A DNA stretch of 61,904 nt, filler included, from Aduncisulcus paluster (taxonomy: Eukaryota), in assembly GCA_024181965.1 (NCBI GenBank). It is 5 parts of 5 records of this genome, joined end to end, with 100 filler letters (N's around TTAATTAATTAA, not from the genome) between each part and the next. Parts side by side here need not be neighbours in the genome. Positions count along the whole stretch, not along the records: positions 1 to 18,300 come from BQXS01012741.1; 4 more parts are not named here. One strand, 5' to 3'. A model generated the notes under the pieces. That model was not told where the DNA came from, searched no databases, and worked only from the letters and a program-made list of their open reading frames with translations. Position 1 is the first letter of the stretch, and the number at the start of each line of letters is the position of its first letter. Of this stretch, positions 1 to 12,662 are shown piece after piece. The translations under genes were made by a program, and so were the position numbers.

Positions 1-731
1 CTTAGAGGGCGAGAAGGAGAGAGGGTGGGAGAGATACGGAAGAGTTGGATACGTCGAGCATTGAATGGCATATGGGAACACTTCACAGATAGGAACTGAC
101 TTGTACATTCCTCCACAGGCCTGACGGTCGGCATACTCGAGTGTGGGCAGGATGTGGACAACGTTGGTGTTCGTGCGAGTCAACACAACACAGCGAATGA
201 ACTTCTCAGCGTTCTCAATATACGTCTTGAAACGAGCATCGTCATCAATGGGAAGATCTTTCAGATGAGTGAGTGCAAGCACAATCGGGGTGGAAATCAT
301 GGGAGTTCCTTTAATCAGCTTGGTCCACAGCATATCCACATATTCATCCATCTCTCGCTCCAATTCACAGATGTTCACAAAGTATATGATGGCGGCCGCA
401 TGGGGGATGACTAAACGGTTCCTGTCAAGATTCTCAGGAAGGGAGTCAACGATACGATGGGTGTGACCACGAGAGAATTTCAATGATTCAGGAATCGTGA
501 GTTCAGCCATAAGTCTTGTCTTGAGCATTTTATGATTAACAGGACGTTGGTATGCCCATTCCAATCCTTGCGTACTCTTTGGAGAACAGAGACATGGAAG
601 AAACAAAACAAAATAAAAAATAATGAAACCAATATCGGAAGGAGAGACAATAGCACAAACAATCAACATACTTTTCCAGAGTTCTTGCTACCTAATAAAA
701 GAATTTTGTTTTCTTGTTTCTTTTCTCCCAT
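1..731 (-). CDS. Divergent small P-loop GTPase-like protein (Arf/G-alpha/Rag-like fold), 2 exons, 3' end runs off window
   Basis: Exon 1 731-672 reads MGEKKQENKILLLGSKNSGK. Intron 671-577 is GTATGT..AAG (95 nt). Exon 2 576-1 is open for 192 codons starting STQGLEW, so splicing rebuilds Walker A GSKNSGKST. Later AAAIIYFVN and PIVLALTHLKD resemble beta4 and G4 strands. Not in ORF track. Confidence 0.7.
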
Positions 732-1012
732 TGTAGCAACCAAAATGGAATGAAAGAAAGTCAGAATCGGAAAGATGAAACAAAGTATGGGCGAGGCCAA
801 TATTGACACGATATCATTGTACAATTGTAAATGTTTTAAAGTTTAAAACCGACTGGAAATGAAAGAGTCACGAGATAAATTGACATTCGGGATAATGTCG
901 TTTGAGGGATGGTTGACCACGAATTATAGATAAATCTTTTATTAACAAGAACGAATTTTCAAAATTTAATAATTAAACTAAAATATTCTTATTCTCTCAG
1001 ATTCTAATAAAG

Positions 1013-1086
1013 AGCCCGCTATGAGATTTGAACTCATGACCTGTACATTACTAGTGTACCGCTCTAACCAACTGAGCTAAGTGGGC
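1013..1086 (-). tRNA. tRNA-Thr(AGT)
   Basis: Reverse complement folds as GCCCACT-TA-GCTC-AGTTGGTTA-GAGC-G-GTACA-CTAGTAA-TGTAC-AGGTC-ATGAG-TTCAAAT-CTCAT-AGCGGGC-T: 74 nt, anticodon AGT, no intron, no encoded CCA. Confidence 0.96.
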
Positions 1087-1434
1087 GACAATTTTTTCGA
1101 AAAACAACTCTAGGTTTACTCTATAGAAATTTTTGTTCACAAATTGTTAACAATGTTATTAAATTTTGAGTTATCTCACAAAATAATAACCTATTGTTTA
1201 TTGCATTATAATATTTACATAATTCATGGGAAAAAAAATTATTCCAACGTAAATAACAATAATTATTAATTAATAATTCTTCAACATCTTTACAAAATGA
1301 ATCATACAAAGAGAACTTGGTTCTTAGAGCAAGGGATCCCATACGGACCAACAAAAATAAAAAAAATAAAAATAAAGAATTAAGACCATTAGAACTGTTT
1401 TCTTTATAGAACTCCTATCCACTTCTTCAACTTC

Positions 1435-4038
1435 TCACTTTTCTTCTTCAATGAGACCTTCCACTCCCATTTTTGACTCTGGATTTCTACATCGATCGAT
1501 ATACTGAGTGTATAGCGTGTGGGGATCAATAACATAATGGTCAAAATATCTGTAAATATTCGCATTGCACCATTTCATATGATCATCAAATTTGGGAGAA
1601 ATTTGAGGAATCAAAGATGGTGTTCTTGAGAGACTGGAAAGCAAATGCAACATATGATCAACGCATATATGACCATCGATATATTTTTCAACATTTTTGA
1701 ACCAAACTTCGATTTGATCAGCGATGTTTTTATACACTTCAACGGCACGATCTTGATCACAACATAAATTAGCAAAAAAATAAATGTAAGGCTGTTGATG
1801 CTTTATAAGTCCAGGTTTGGCATACTGAGCCTTGGCATAGGCCAATGATGGGAGGAAGAATGGCCAGGATTCTGTACATGTTTGGGGGATAGGTGCACGT
1901 GTTTCATTTGACCAGGTGAGATTCGCCACCATGGATATTTCCCAATATTCAAATTTATCTGAACTGAGCTGTGATTCGAGGAATGGCTTAATTGCATCGA
2001 AAATTTCACGTTGCATGGCAGTGGTTTCGGATTCTTCGGAAAGAATTTCGAGTGATTCCTTTATATAATTGGATGAAGTAGTTCTGAAATGGGGCAATCC
2101 AAGAAGCCGTTTTAAGATTGGGAGAACCTTTGGGAAAAATGTAGGATCCTCACCAAAGGCGAGATAATGGTAACACATTTTTACAAACAATTTTGCAAAT
2201 TCAATGTCATTGTCCACAGAAGAAAGGACTATTATCATGGGATTAAAGAAAGTCTCAATGAGTTCAGAAAAGTCATCTGGTTCGAGGAATCGATCTTCAT
2301 CGTCTGCATCGTAATTGCAAACAAAACGGGACAAACATTGGAAAACTTGAAGAGCTTCACTTTTGTGTGAGACAATTTGTTCTTTCTTATCATTGTGATT
2401 GAAAAAGGACACAAGAGATTTTCGATGTTTGAGATATTGCTTAGTTAGCTCAGAACTAGTTCGACAATCCTTGATTTCACGGATAATATCCAACCATTTT
2501 CCCTTGTTTGGATTAGTTTTCTTCAAATAAATAGCGTAATGGGCTTCCGACCCAGTATTCCCTTTGTATTTTTCCATGGTTTCATCATATTTCGGTGAAA
2601 TACGGGAGAGCAAAGGGGGAAGGACAACAAAAGCTGAAATAAGTTCTGTTATTGCGGAGATTTTGGTAGCATATGGATACGGATCTTTAAAAATATTATC
2701 AAACCATTTATCCATAAAAGGTTCAATGGTCTCATAAATTTCGATGGCTTGCTTGAGAGGAACTGAAGCACAAAGATAAGCAAAGAATTGAATAATCTGT
2801 TGGAGAATACTTAAATTTCCTTCAAATGGTGGTTCAACGATCATTTTCATGATAGGATGGAACAAAAACATTAGTTTTTTACAAATATCCTTTTGAGGTT
2901 TCCCTGTTTCAAGCCAATTACGGTTTCGAGTCGAAAGATTGTTCAAAATATCCATCCAAATAAGAAAACATTCTTTCTCTGGATATTGGTGCAACCAAGG
3001 AAGGATATGAGGGAGAAGAAATTTTAAAAATGATTGCTTTGCACCTTTTTTTTGAGTTTGGCAAGTGACAAAATCAAATTGAGAAGTTTCTTCACAAAGT
3101 AAGAAGGAAATTTCATTGAGACTCCAATAGAAAAAAGGTCGGAAAGATAATCTGATATTTTCGGAAAATTTCAAAATAGAGACCAGGATTCCCATAGAAA
3201 ATGCCAGAAATAATTTCAACGAAGTATATTGTAACAGAATTCACTTTAAATTCATCTTCAGAAGCCTCTAAGTGTGTTGAAACCCTCCTTTTCCCNNNNN
3301 NNNNNNNNNNNNNNNCCTGTTTCAAGCCAATTACGGTTTCGAGTCGAAAGATTGTTCAAAATATCCATCCAAATAAGAAAACATTCTTTCTCTGGATATT
3401 GGTGCAACCAAGGAAGGATATGAGGGAGAAGAAATTTTAAAAATGATTGCTTTGCACCTTTTTTTTTGAGTTTGGCAAGTGACAAAATCAAATTGAGAAG
3501 TTTCTTCACAAAGTAAGAAGGAAATTTCATTGAGACTCCAATAGAAAAAAGGTCGGAAAGATAATCTGATATTTTCGGAAAATTTCAAAATAGAGACCAG
3601 GATTCCCATAGAAAATGCCAGAAATAATTTCAACGAAGTATATTGTAACAGAATTCACTTTAAATTCATCTTCAGAAGCCTCTAAGTGTGTTGAAACCCT
3701 CCTTTTCCCCATCTTAGATCCTTCATCAACTCGTAAAACTGATTCCACAAGAAGAATCCGAGGAAAAAAAGAAGATACCAAGTTTTCAATATTCGTTTCT
3801 GAAAGATTTCTGATAAAAACAGACAAACATTTGAAGAAAACCGTCAACAGCTCTCGATTAGCGGTGATAGTCGCAGAGTTTTGACAATATTTGTCAAAAA
3901 GAGCCTCAATTCGAGTAAAATAAACATCAAAGAGACAGTTCAAGCTACAATCATCAGGAATATCTATAGATAATCTATAATTCTCTGAATGAGTGCTTGA
4001 AGTTCAATTATTGAAAGAGTAGATTCACACTTTGACAT
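1435..4038 (-). pseudogene. Helical ARM/HEAT-like repeat protein, frame disrupted (pseudogene or homopolymer errors); spans a gap duplication
   Basis: The 594-aa ORF has internal repeats (AIEIYETIEPFMDKWF / AVEVYKNIADQIEVWF; LLSRISPKYDETM / LIPQISPKFDDHM). Upstream pieces (ATG 4038 MSKCESTLSIIELQALIQRIIDYL*, ORF 3527-3943, ORF 3258-3530) join only with frameshifts near 3965 and 3545-3550. Confidence 0.5.
2903..3709. repeat. Gap-flanking duplication 2903-3295 = 3316-3709 (assembly artefact)
   Basis: Same sequence either side of the 20-N gap 3296-3315; copies differ by T8 vs T9 in one homopolymer. Confidence 0.92.
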
Positions 4039-4534
4039 TAATGGGATAGATATTGAAATAAATCTTATGACTGCCAAGAAAAAGTAAGACACCATCAAAA
4101 TTTTGTGAATAATTTGTTCTTGAAGAATATAACAATCAAAATCGAATAAAATAGTTTATTTTCAAATCAAATTTTAATCAAAATAATGATTAAAATTATA
4201 ATATGACATTACAAGATCATGATAAAATATAATCTTTCAACAGCCAGTCAATGACTGCCTATTTTTGAACTCTGGCAAAGATAATGAAATATGTATGGTA
4301 TACACATATCTGAACTATTATAAATATAAAAATAAAAATGATTTCAGAAGGAACATCAAATCAAACAAATATAACATAGTATTTTACTGAGTTGGAACTA
4401 TATAATCAAAAGATAAAGTCATAATCAATATTGTGGTTAAATAAAATCAATTATTCCCCGTCTGAATTCAGCTCTGAACAAAGCTTGGTCAATCCTCAAA
4501 AAAAAAAAAAAATCGAAGACAAGTCAATTAAAGT

Positions 4535-7500
4535 TCATCCAAAGATTGAAGTTCTGATATCTTGCAGGATTTTCATAATTCCTTCAATGGGAACTCCCAA
4601 TTCTTGAGATATTTTTAGTTTTTGAGAAAAAGGCAACAGTGGGAAAGTTTCGCAAAGATCTCCATCAACAACTCCAAAAGAAGGTTCGAAAAAAGATCTG
4701 AACAACGATGGTTTGACCCTACAGAGGCTCATTTCCTTTGTATTTAATGTTTTCTCGAGGGAGGTAAGGATTTGCTCCCTTGAAAGACCATGTTTTAGTT
4801 CAATAGAACCCTTGAGTGGTAAGAAGGCCCCCACAGCTCCACAGGCAGTGGAATACAATATAACTTCACTGAAAGGAACCATGGCATACTCGCCAGGCCT
4901 TGAATACATGAACCGGGTGAGGACACAATCGGTGATGACATCTCCAATACTAAACGAGCATACTGGTCTCATTTGATGGGCACAACATCGAACAGGTGGA
5001 TAATGCAGCACTCCGCCGGCTGCAGGTACCGGTTGGAGCTGGAATCCACCGCCCATCGAAATCTCAGTGAGATCTATTGTGTTCATTGTTGTGGCGATTC
5101 TTCGGATGCTCTCCGGTGTGAGTCGAATAACATTTGTCACACCGAATTTATCGGCACTAAACAAGGTATCTCTGTCCAAAACACACCCACAGGTGATGTG
5201 TTTCACAACTGGCTCATCGGCCTCGATATACATAACATTTTCAAGCACACGGTACCTAACAATTTTCCACCCACTGACATCTCCAATAAATATCCGCTTA
5301 TTATCGTGTATCTTGATAGAATGAATGTGATGTTGATGAGCACTTGTAAGTCGGCATTTTGTAAGCAAATATTTCGAGTGTGAGAGCGAGAAAAGGAATA
5401 GAGAGGAAGAACAACCACACAATAACATGTCACAATAGGAACACAGTGATAAAACAGGACCAGAAGTTGATGTGAAAGAAACATAGACCAATCGAACGGA
5501 AGAATAGCCAACTCTTTCATCGCAAACAAGCTCATAGAGATATATTCCACCTTTATGGCCATTATCTATTGAAACTCCAATACACACATAACCCTTACCA
5601 TCTAGAACTGCTTCAATAACACAGGTAATCTTATGAGGAACCATGGAAGAAGAAAGAATACTGAAACCGACATAAGGGGTTGACTTATCGCTATAGTAGG
5701 GAGGTGGAATGGTCTCAAAGCCACCAACATGCCTCAAAATTTGCTTGCGATCAACCTCAACAATGTGAACACCAGAGTTATTTATAGATTTTTGAGAAAG
5801 AGAAGATGACTCTGATGATAGTGAACTATATCTTCTTTTTCCATATTCTCCTCTTCCTTCGTCACCTCCTTCGACTTCTTCCTCTTCTTCTTTCCTAGAT
5901 ATAATAGTACCAGCTTCTCCCTTCTCATCGCGTGACGATAAGATTGTGGGAGTAGATTCTATCGTAGGATGGCCGTTACATCCAATGACACAAAGCAGCC
6001 GTCCTTCCTGTGCTAATTGAAGCTGAAGTTGTCCTCGTTGACTCTCGACTGTTGTATATTCTTCAGTAGAAGTATGCATTGTGGAACTCTGAGTCTGAAT
6101 GTATGGATCAGGAGCACCAAGAGAAGGAAGAGAAGAGGAAGTTGGGGGAAGAGGATGTCCAAAGGAAGAGGAAGAGGAAGAGGAAGAGGAAGAGGATGAA
6201 AGGATAGAAACACCTTCGTTACTCTCTCCGATAACAAATCCATCAACACAAACACTTCTGAGATCTAGTTTACAGGTGGTTGTATTTAGAGAGGGNNNNN
6301 NNNNNNNNNNNNNNNCAGCCGTCCTTCCTGTGCTAATTGAAGCTGAAGTTGTCCTCGTTGACTCTCGACTGTTGTATATTCTTCAGTAGAAGTATGCATT
6401 GTGGAACTCTGAGTCTGAATGTATGGATCAGGAGCACCAAGAGAAGGAAGAGAAGAGGAAGTTGGGGGAAGAGGATGTCCAAAGGAAGAGGAAGAGGAAG
6501 AGGAAGAGGAAGAGGATGAAAGGATAGAAACACCTTCGTTACTCTCTCCGATAACAAATCCATCAACACAAACACTTCTGAGATCTAGTTTACAGGTGGT
6601 TGTATTTAGAGAGGGTGAGAGAGAGAGGAGAGAGAGAGAATGTCTCAGGATTTGAAAATAGAGAAGAATCCTTAACAACACCAATCTTATCCTTCGATTT
6701 GGTACGTTTATCCCCGCCAGAACCTCTCGATGTCCCATGCCCATCAATAATCTCTTGAGTAGAATATTTCATCGAGAGAGGCAAAGAGGATGAACTCTGA
6801 GATGGATTGGATTGGGCGGAGGATCTTGGATCTACCAAAGGAATACCTTCTGGTTCTGTCAATAATGGGGCAGCATTTTCTCCACTGATTGAAACCATCA
6901 TAATTCCACCCAAGGAATCTTTGTCACGTTGATCTTCGAACAACATAGAGAGGAATAGAGGAGTGTTGGGAGTGGACACGGAGGCTACATCATGGATTGG
7001 AGGTGGAGCCAGAAGAGGAGATACCATTAACATGCCAGTTAATGAAGAGATATCTTCATTATGGGCACCAGTTGCAAGGGAGGATGATGGTGTTTTATCA
7101 ACAACAGTGGTTGTTGTATCAATAACTGAAGCACGAGGAGCTCTTGAATCAGAACCTCCAGCAACGACTTCACACAGCCACAGCTGTCCAAAAGACTGGG
7201 ATCTTGCAATAACAGAGGGGATCGGAGACGATCTGCGACGAATGGAAGAATCAGAGCCTACTATGTTCGTCGGAGAAGGGGAAAGAGGAGAGACTATAAT
7301 TTTATCAGGTTGTGCAGTGATTTGTGTTCTAATATTTGAAAGTGTTGGAAAAGCATCCATTCTTCCCTCGTACTCTCCATATTTCCATACTATATCAGCA
7401 CATCTTATTCCACCCATCTCTCCGCCAATGAACAATGTAGATCCACACACACAGAGTGAGTTGATATGCTCTCGTCCGACAGATGCAGAAGTACAGTGCC

Positions 7501-10288
7501 TTAGACCTCGTGTTGTGTATGTCAGGATATTGGAACCAACTGCAATCAGGAGGAACGTTCCTTCCCGAATACCTTCAACATCAGAGAAAAACACCATTGC
7601 GTTAATATCTTTCCCAAAGCTGACAGGGCAGGAATGCTCTGTGGTAATCGACATGGGTGTCAGACGAAACGTAGTAAGTGCAAACTGAGTGGCATTGGCA
7701 CGCTCCATGACAACAGCGACATAAGGTCCACTGGCAGTCACACAACTAATCTTAGAGCAATTCAACATGTTTCTACCTTCAATCTCACTTAAGGGAGCAT
7801 ATGACGGAGTTGAATGGTGTGAATCACTGGAACTGCCCTGAGGAAGGTCAAGAATGTTGATCCTACTACCGAATCCGCCACCACCGAGGATATCAGAGAC
7901 GTGAACAAGGAGATCATGGCCAGGAATAGAACAGATCGAGAGGTATTTGCTATCTGGCGGCATCGACGCAAGGAAAGTCTGAACTTGCTTCTTTTCCGCT
8001 GCATTACTCTTTCCCCATTTGGGACCTGTGACGAATACACCGCGCATTTTCTGAAGAGTACTGTCTTTTCCCTTTACAACGATTCCCACTTCACCGTTGG
8101 CATTTTCTACACGGAACATTCTACAGAGAGCAGGGTTTTCAAGGCGTCTGGTATGATTATGTGACAATGGAATTCCCTTGAGCATTATATCGAGAGAAGT
8201 ACGTGTGAGAAGCAAAACAGAGGGATGTATGAAGGTTGAAAAGGGAGATGAAATGGAGCGGGGGGTAAGAATTCGAACAATACCATCACTGCAATTAAAC
8301 ATTGTACTACTGTCAAGTTGAGCAGAAACTAACACATTTTTCTCAATATCTATTTTTGGATCATATCTATATTTATCGAACAATAACCATCCTTGAGTCT
8401 CTGGTGATTCGAAAGAACTGAGTCTTTGAACAGATTGAACTGATTTTTTTCCCAAACTCTCATCATTAACAACGCATAAATATCTGGACAAAATATCCTC
8501 GAATAATACACGAGCCCCATCACCTGTTCGGCAGATGGAATGGTACGAAGAATTTAACAAATCAAGACAAGGCAAGCTTGCAGACGTTTCCCCGAGGATG
8601 AATGGAGTACTCATTTCAGAGCAATGTGATCTTCTGTATTGCCACTCTTGTGCTTCACACCAGTTTGAACTGAGATAACCCTTTGATCCCTCAGGTTTTC
8701 TCCCTCCAAGCTTCGTAAATGAGGCCAAACTGATTGATTTCGGTGTGAATAACACTAAAAATGGCAGCAAGAAACATGTGTTCCGGATTGAACCAAGATT
8801 AGAGATTACACTGACAGACAGGGAAAGGGAAGAGAGGAAAGGAGGAAGGCCTCTGTTATATTCCGGCATTCTCTCACTTTGAATAACCCCCATTCCATCC
8901 ATTTTCCTCTCCGCTCTTTCTTCCTCTTCCTCTTTCATGCTACTCTTGGCCGAAGTAAATACACGCATAAGACTTCCATCCACACCAATGAGATAAACAC
9001 ATAACTCGCCTGAACCAGTCTTCTTTACAGAGAAATCCATGCAAATATATTCTTTTGAATCGTAGGACAGTGGAATGGGACATCTTGATACGAAGAAGGA
9101 GGAAGAGAAGGAGAAATCAGAGAGAAACGGAGGGAGGGAGGCTGAGGTATCCAAAGTAGAGGAGGCCACTGGTTGGCATATAATATCGTGAGCAAGGTGA
9201 TATTGGGCACTTACTCCACACAACTGGGTGCCATTCAACCAAGTCGACTGGTTAAACTCGCCATGATCCATAGACTCGTCAATATACGATTGTTCGGATC
9301 CAATGGTCAGAGATATGAGTTCATAGCCACAAATTATGAGGAAAGAATTGGGGATGGGCAGAGATATCAGCTTGTGAGGGGAATGGGGCAAAGGAAGAGT
9401 GTGGGTCCGCACTACCTTGCGTGTGGCCGTTGAATATGTGAATATAGCGAGGGTGGGTGGGGGAATGGGGAATAATTGATATTGTTTATCATCAGTAGCA
9501 CCAATAGACTCGTATTGAGAAAGTAAGCCACCGGTTTGTCTGGATATTTTCCTTTCAATTCTGGCAAAAGTAATGAGACGAGCTTCTTTTGGCTTTTCTT
9601 CAGAGTCAAAATGCAAATATTCGTCTTCTTCAACAGACATCACACTGCAAGTGTCGATAATAATTGAATCGGGGGCAAAATGAACAATGGGGGAGGATAA
9701 TGTCATTTCACTTTCCATATCATCACCAGAATCCATCGAAAACGTCTCAGTTGATGCTAATTCTAATCTTCTATTAACTTGAAAAATGAAAGTTTTGTTT
9801 TGGACAGCGGAAACCATAATAGTATCACCTAATGCATCACAACATACATAAGTAGGAGAGTCACGACGAAATCCTTCTCGAGAAAGTTCCTTACTGGTTA
9901 CAGTGGTGAGTTTCCCATTTGAATATTTTATGATTGAAAGAGTTGAGGTAGAAGATACTACAAGATAATCGACGCCATCTACAAGAAAATGAATAATGAT
10001 AATAAATTAGGAAAATTAAATAATTATATAAAACCATGAGTTTCAATCAAAAGAACAATACATACTATATCCTTTAATAGTGCAACCATCTATAATATTT
10101 GTAAAAGCCTCTGAATATGCTATCCTCACAAATGAAGTTTTACCTTTCCCAGACACTTCTAATTTAACTATTTCTATCGTGTGAGAATTGAGCAAGGCTA
10201 ATTCTCTTTTCTGAAGTCCTGAAAAGGAACCTCCAATAACTTTCTTTGGGAATGTTCCGTTTTTCAACGATAAATGTAATAATTTCAT
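4535..10288 (-). CDS. SF3B3: Splicing factor 3B subunit 3 (SAP130/Rse1), DDB1/CPSF-A beta-propeller family, ~1780 aa after repair
   Basis: N-terminus MKLLHLSLKNGTFPKKVIGGSFSG and post-intron GVDYLVV match the SF3B3 start. C-terminus FRSFFEPSFGVVDGDLCETF...ILQDIRT matches the SF3B3 end. Exon 1 10288-10066; intron 10065-9979 (GTATGT..TAG, 87 nt); exon 2 in frame with ORF 6590-9817. One frameshift near the CT microsatellite ~6605-6640, and a 320-nt gap duplication. Confidence 0.88.
5996..6615. repeat. Gap-flanking duplication 5996-6295 = 6316-6615 (assembly artefact)
   Basis: 300 bp repeated across the 20-N gap 6296-6315; the left copy ends at the AG microsatellite. Confidence 0.92.
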
Positions 10289-10715
10289 TGAATATTGGGA
10301 ACAAAACGTGGATTAAATTTTCCTTCCGAAATACAGCGGTAATTGGCCCTTTTTCCTTAATAATTAGAATAAAGCATGGTTAAATCGTGGAAATATCTTC
10401 TTAAAATAAACACTGATGCCATAGATGAAATGATTTATTACATTTACTTTCCCTGGGAATTTAGAAACCTAATGATATAAAATCTGTCTTTCCGAATCTT
10501 ATTGTAAAGAATTATTACAATCTATATCCTTACATTCATCAAATAAGCGATTTTTAACTTCAGAGAAGAGAATACAGAACCACGGAAATGGATTTCAAAA
10601 AGCGCAATAACAGTTATAATTCCTGCTATCATAGCTCTGTCAATTAAATAAATTGGTATAAGATGCCGGAACTAAAAACAACAGAAGGAAATTCATACAT
10701 GGGGGATAATCATTC

Positions 10716-11309
10716 TTATCCGAGCATTTCTTCGATCATGTCGTCAAATTGTTCCGCATCCTCCTCGTGATTCTTCACAGAAGCTATGATTAATGCCTTC
10801 TTGCGCTCATCAAAAGTATAATGGGTAAAAAATGGATGAATAACACTTGGAGCTATTGAAGACGAAGTTTGAGTAAATACACGGCTGGCATCTCTTGCTT
10901 CTTTGTCTTGGAGCTTTTTTTCTCCCAAGATACGAACGGATGAAGATGACGAAAGACGAATAGATGGAATGGGTGAATCTTTTTCAAAATAATCAGAAGC
11001 TGAGGCAAAGTGAGAAGATAATGGCAAAATCTCAATATTTAACTTGGATACATTGCCAAATCCATCTGATACCGATTTTCCTTGGAAATTGTCGCGCAGT
11101 TTATGTCCAACGGCTGTAGCAAGAGTTACAAAGGTATGAGGAAGAGTAAATGATGAGATTTCTGATAAACTATATTTTTTTGGAGTGATTTGTTGGGGAC
11201 TAATTAATGTAAATCCAATAATAAACTTTGAAAAAGGTGAAAGCATCAACTTCAAGTCACCACGGGTAAAACAGGGGGGGAGGGATGATATGCATATTTT
11301 TATCAGCAT
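10716..11309 (-). CDS. UPF3: Probable UPF3 (Smg4/UPF3 RRM-like) nonsense-mediated decay factor, divergent
   Basis: KICISSLPPCFTRGDLKLMLSPF resembles UPF3 KVVIRRLPPTLTKEQLQEHLQPM. KLRDNFQGKSVSDGFGNVSKLNIEILP resembles LFRDRFDGYVFLDNKGQEYPAIVEFAP, with similar spacing. Confidence 0.65.
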   Translation of the reverse strand: MLIKICISSLPPCFTRGDLKLMLSPFSKFIIGFTLISPQQITPKKYSLSEISSFTLPHTFVTLATAVGHKLRDNFQGKSVSDGFGNVSKLNIEILPLSSHFASASDYFEKDSPIPSIRLSSSSSVRILGEKKLQDKEARDASRVFTQTSSSIAPSVIHPFFTHYTFDERKKALIIASVKNHEEDAEQFDDMIEEMLG

Positions 11310-11611
11310 GAGATACTATTTAATACCAATAATTAGGTTCTATTGAAGAACTTAATTTGCATATCCAAGGAAAAACGCAAAATCTGGAACACAGGCTCCA
11401 CAGATCCCTATGGGATGAATTATCAGAGATAAAGATATTATACTTAGTATATGCGTGCTACGATATTTATTTGAGTATTTTTCACAGATAGAGAATTGAG
11501 GATGATAACAATCCAAAAGAACAAGAAAACACATTAATATTAAAATTAATAACCCATCAAAGGTTCAAAATTATGTAAAGAATCAATCTACTAATACTTA
11601 TGACGGAGCGA

Positions 11612-12314
<703 letters not shown>

Positions 12315-12662
12315 TGTTTTATACTGGTGTCAACAAAAAAAAGAGAAATAACTCTGGCATCCACAACTAAAAATAGTCAACAAGATACATGAAAACATAT
12401 ATAATTTTATGAACTGAAAATAAATAATGTGTCATCAAAATGGGTGAAAATAATCTTGTTATATCATTTTATTGCAGCATTAAGCTGGGGTAATCGACCC
12501 GCTCTATAGATGGGAATATTCGAATATTTAGATTGACAACATAGCATAAGCACGATTTGAAATCTAAGATTCCAATATCATTCCCGAAAAATGTTGGAAA
12601 TATGCTATGAAAAAGCAAATTTTCGAAATCGCTTTTTTGCCAGACAATAAGATATTTTGATA

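Noticed and set aside
6963..7688. Long antisense ORFs (e.g. 6963-7688, 27451-28014, 42419-42931, 43410-44054)
   Set aside because: Shadows or alternative frames of real low-complexity genes; no independent motifs.
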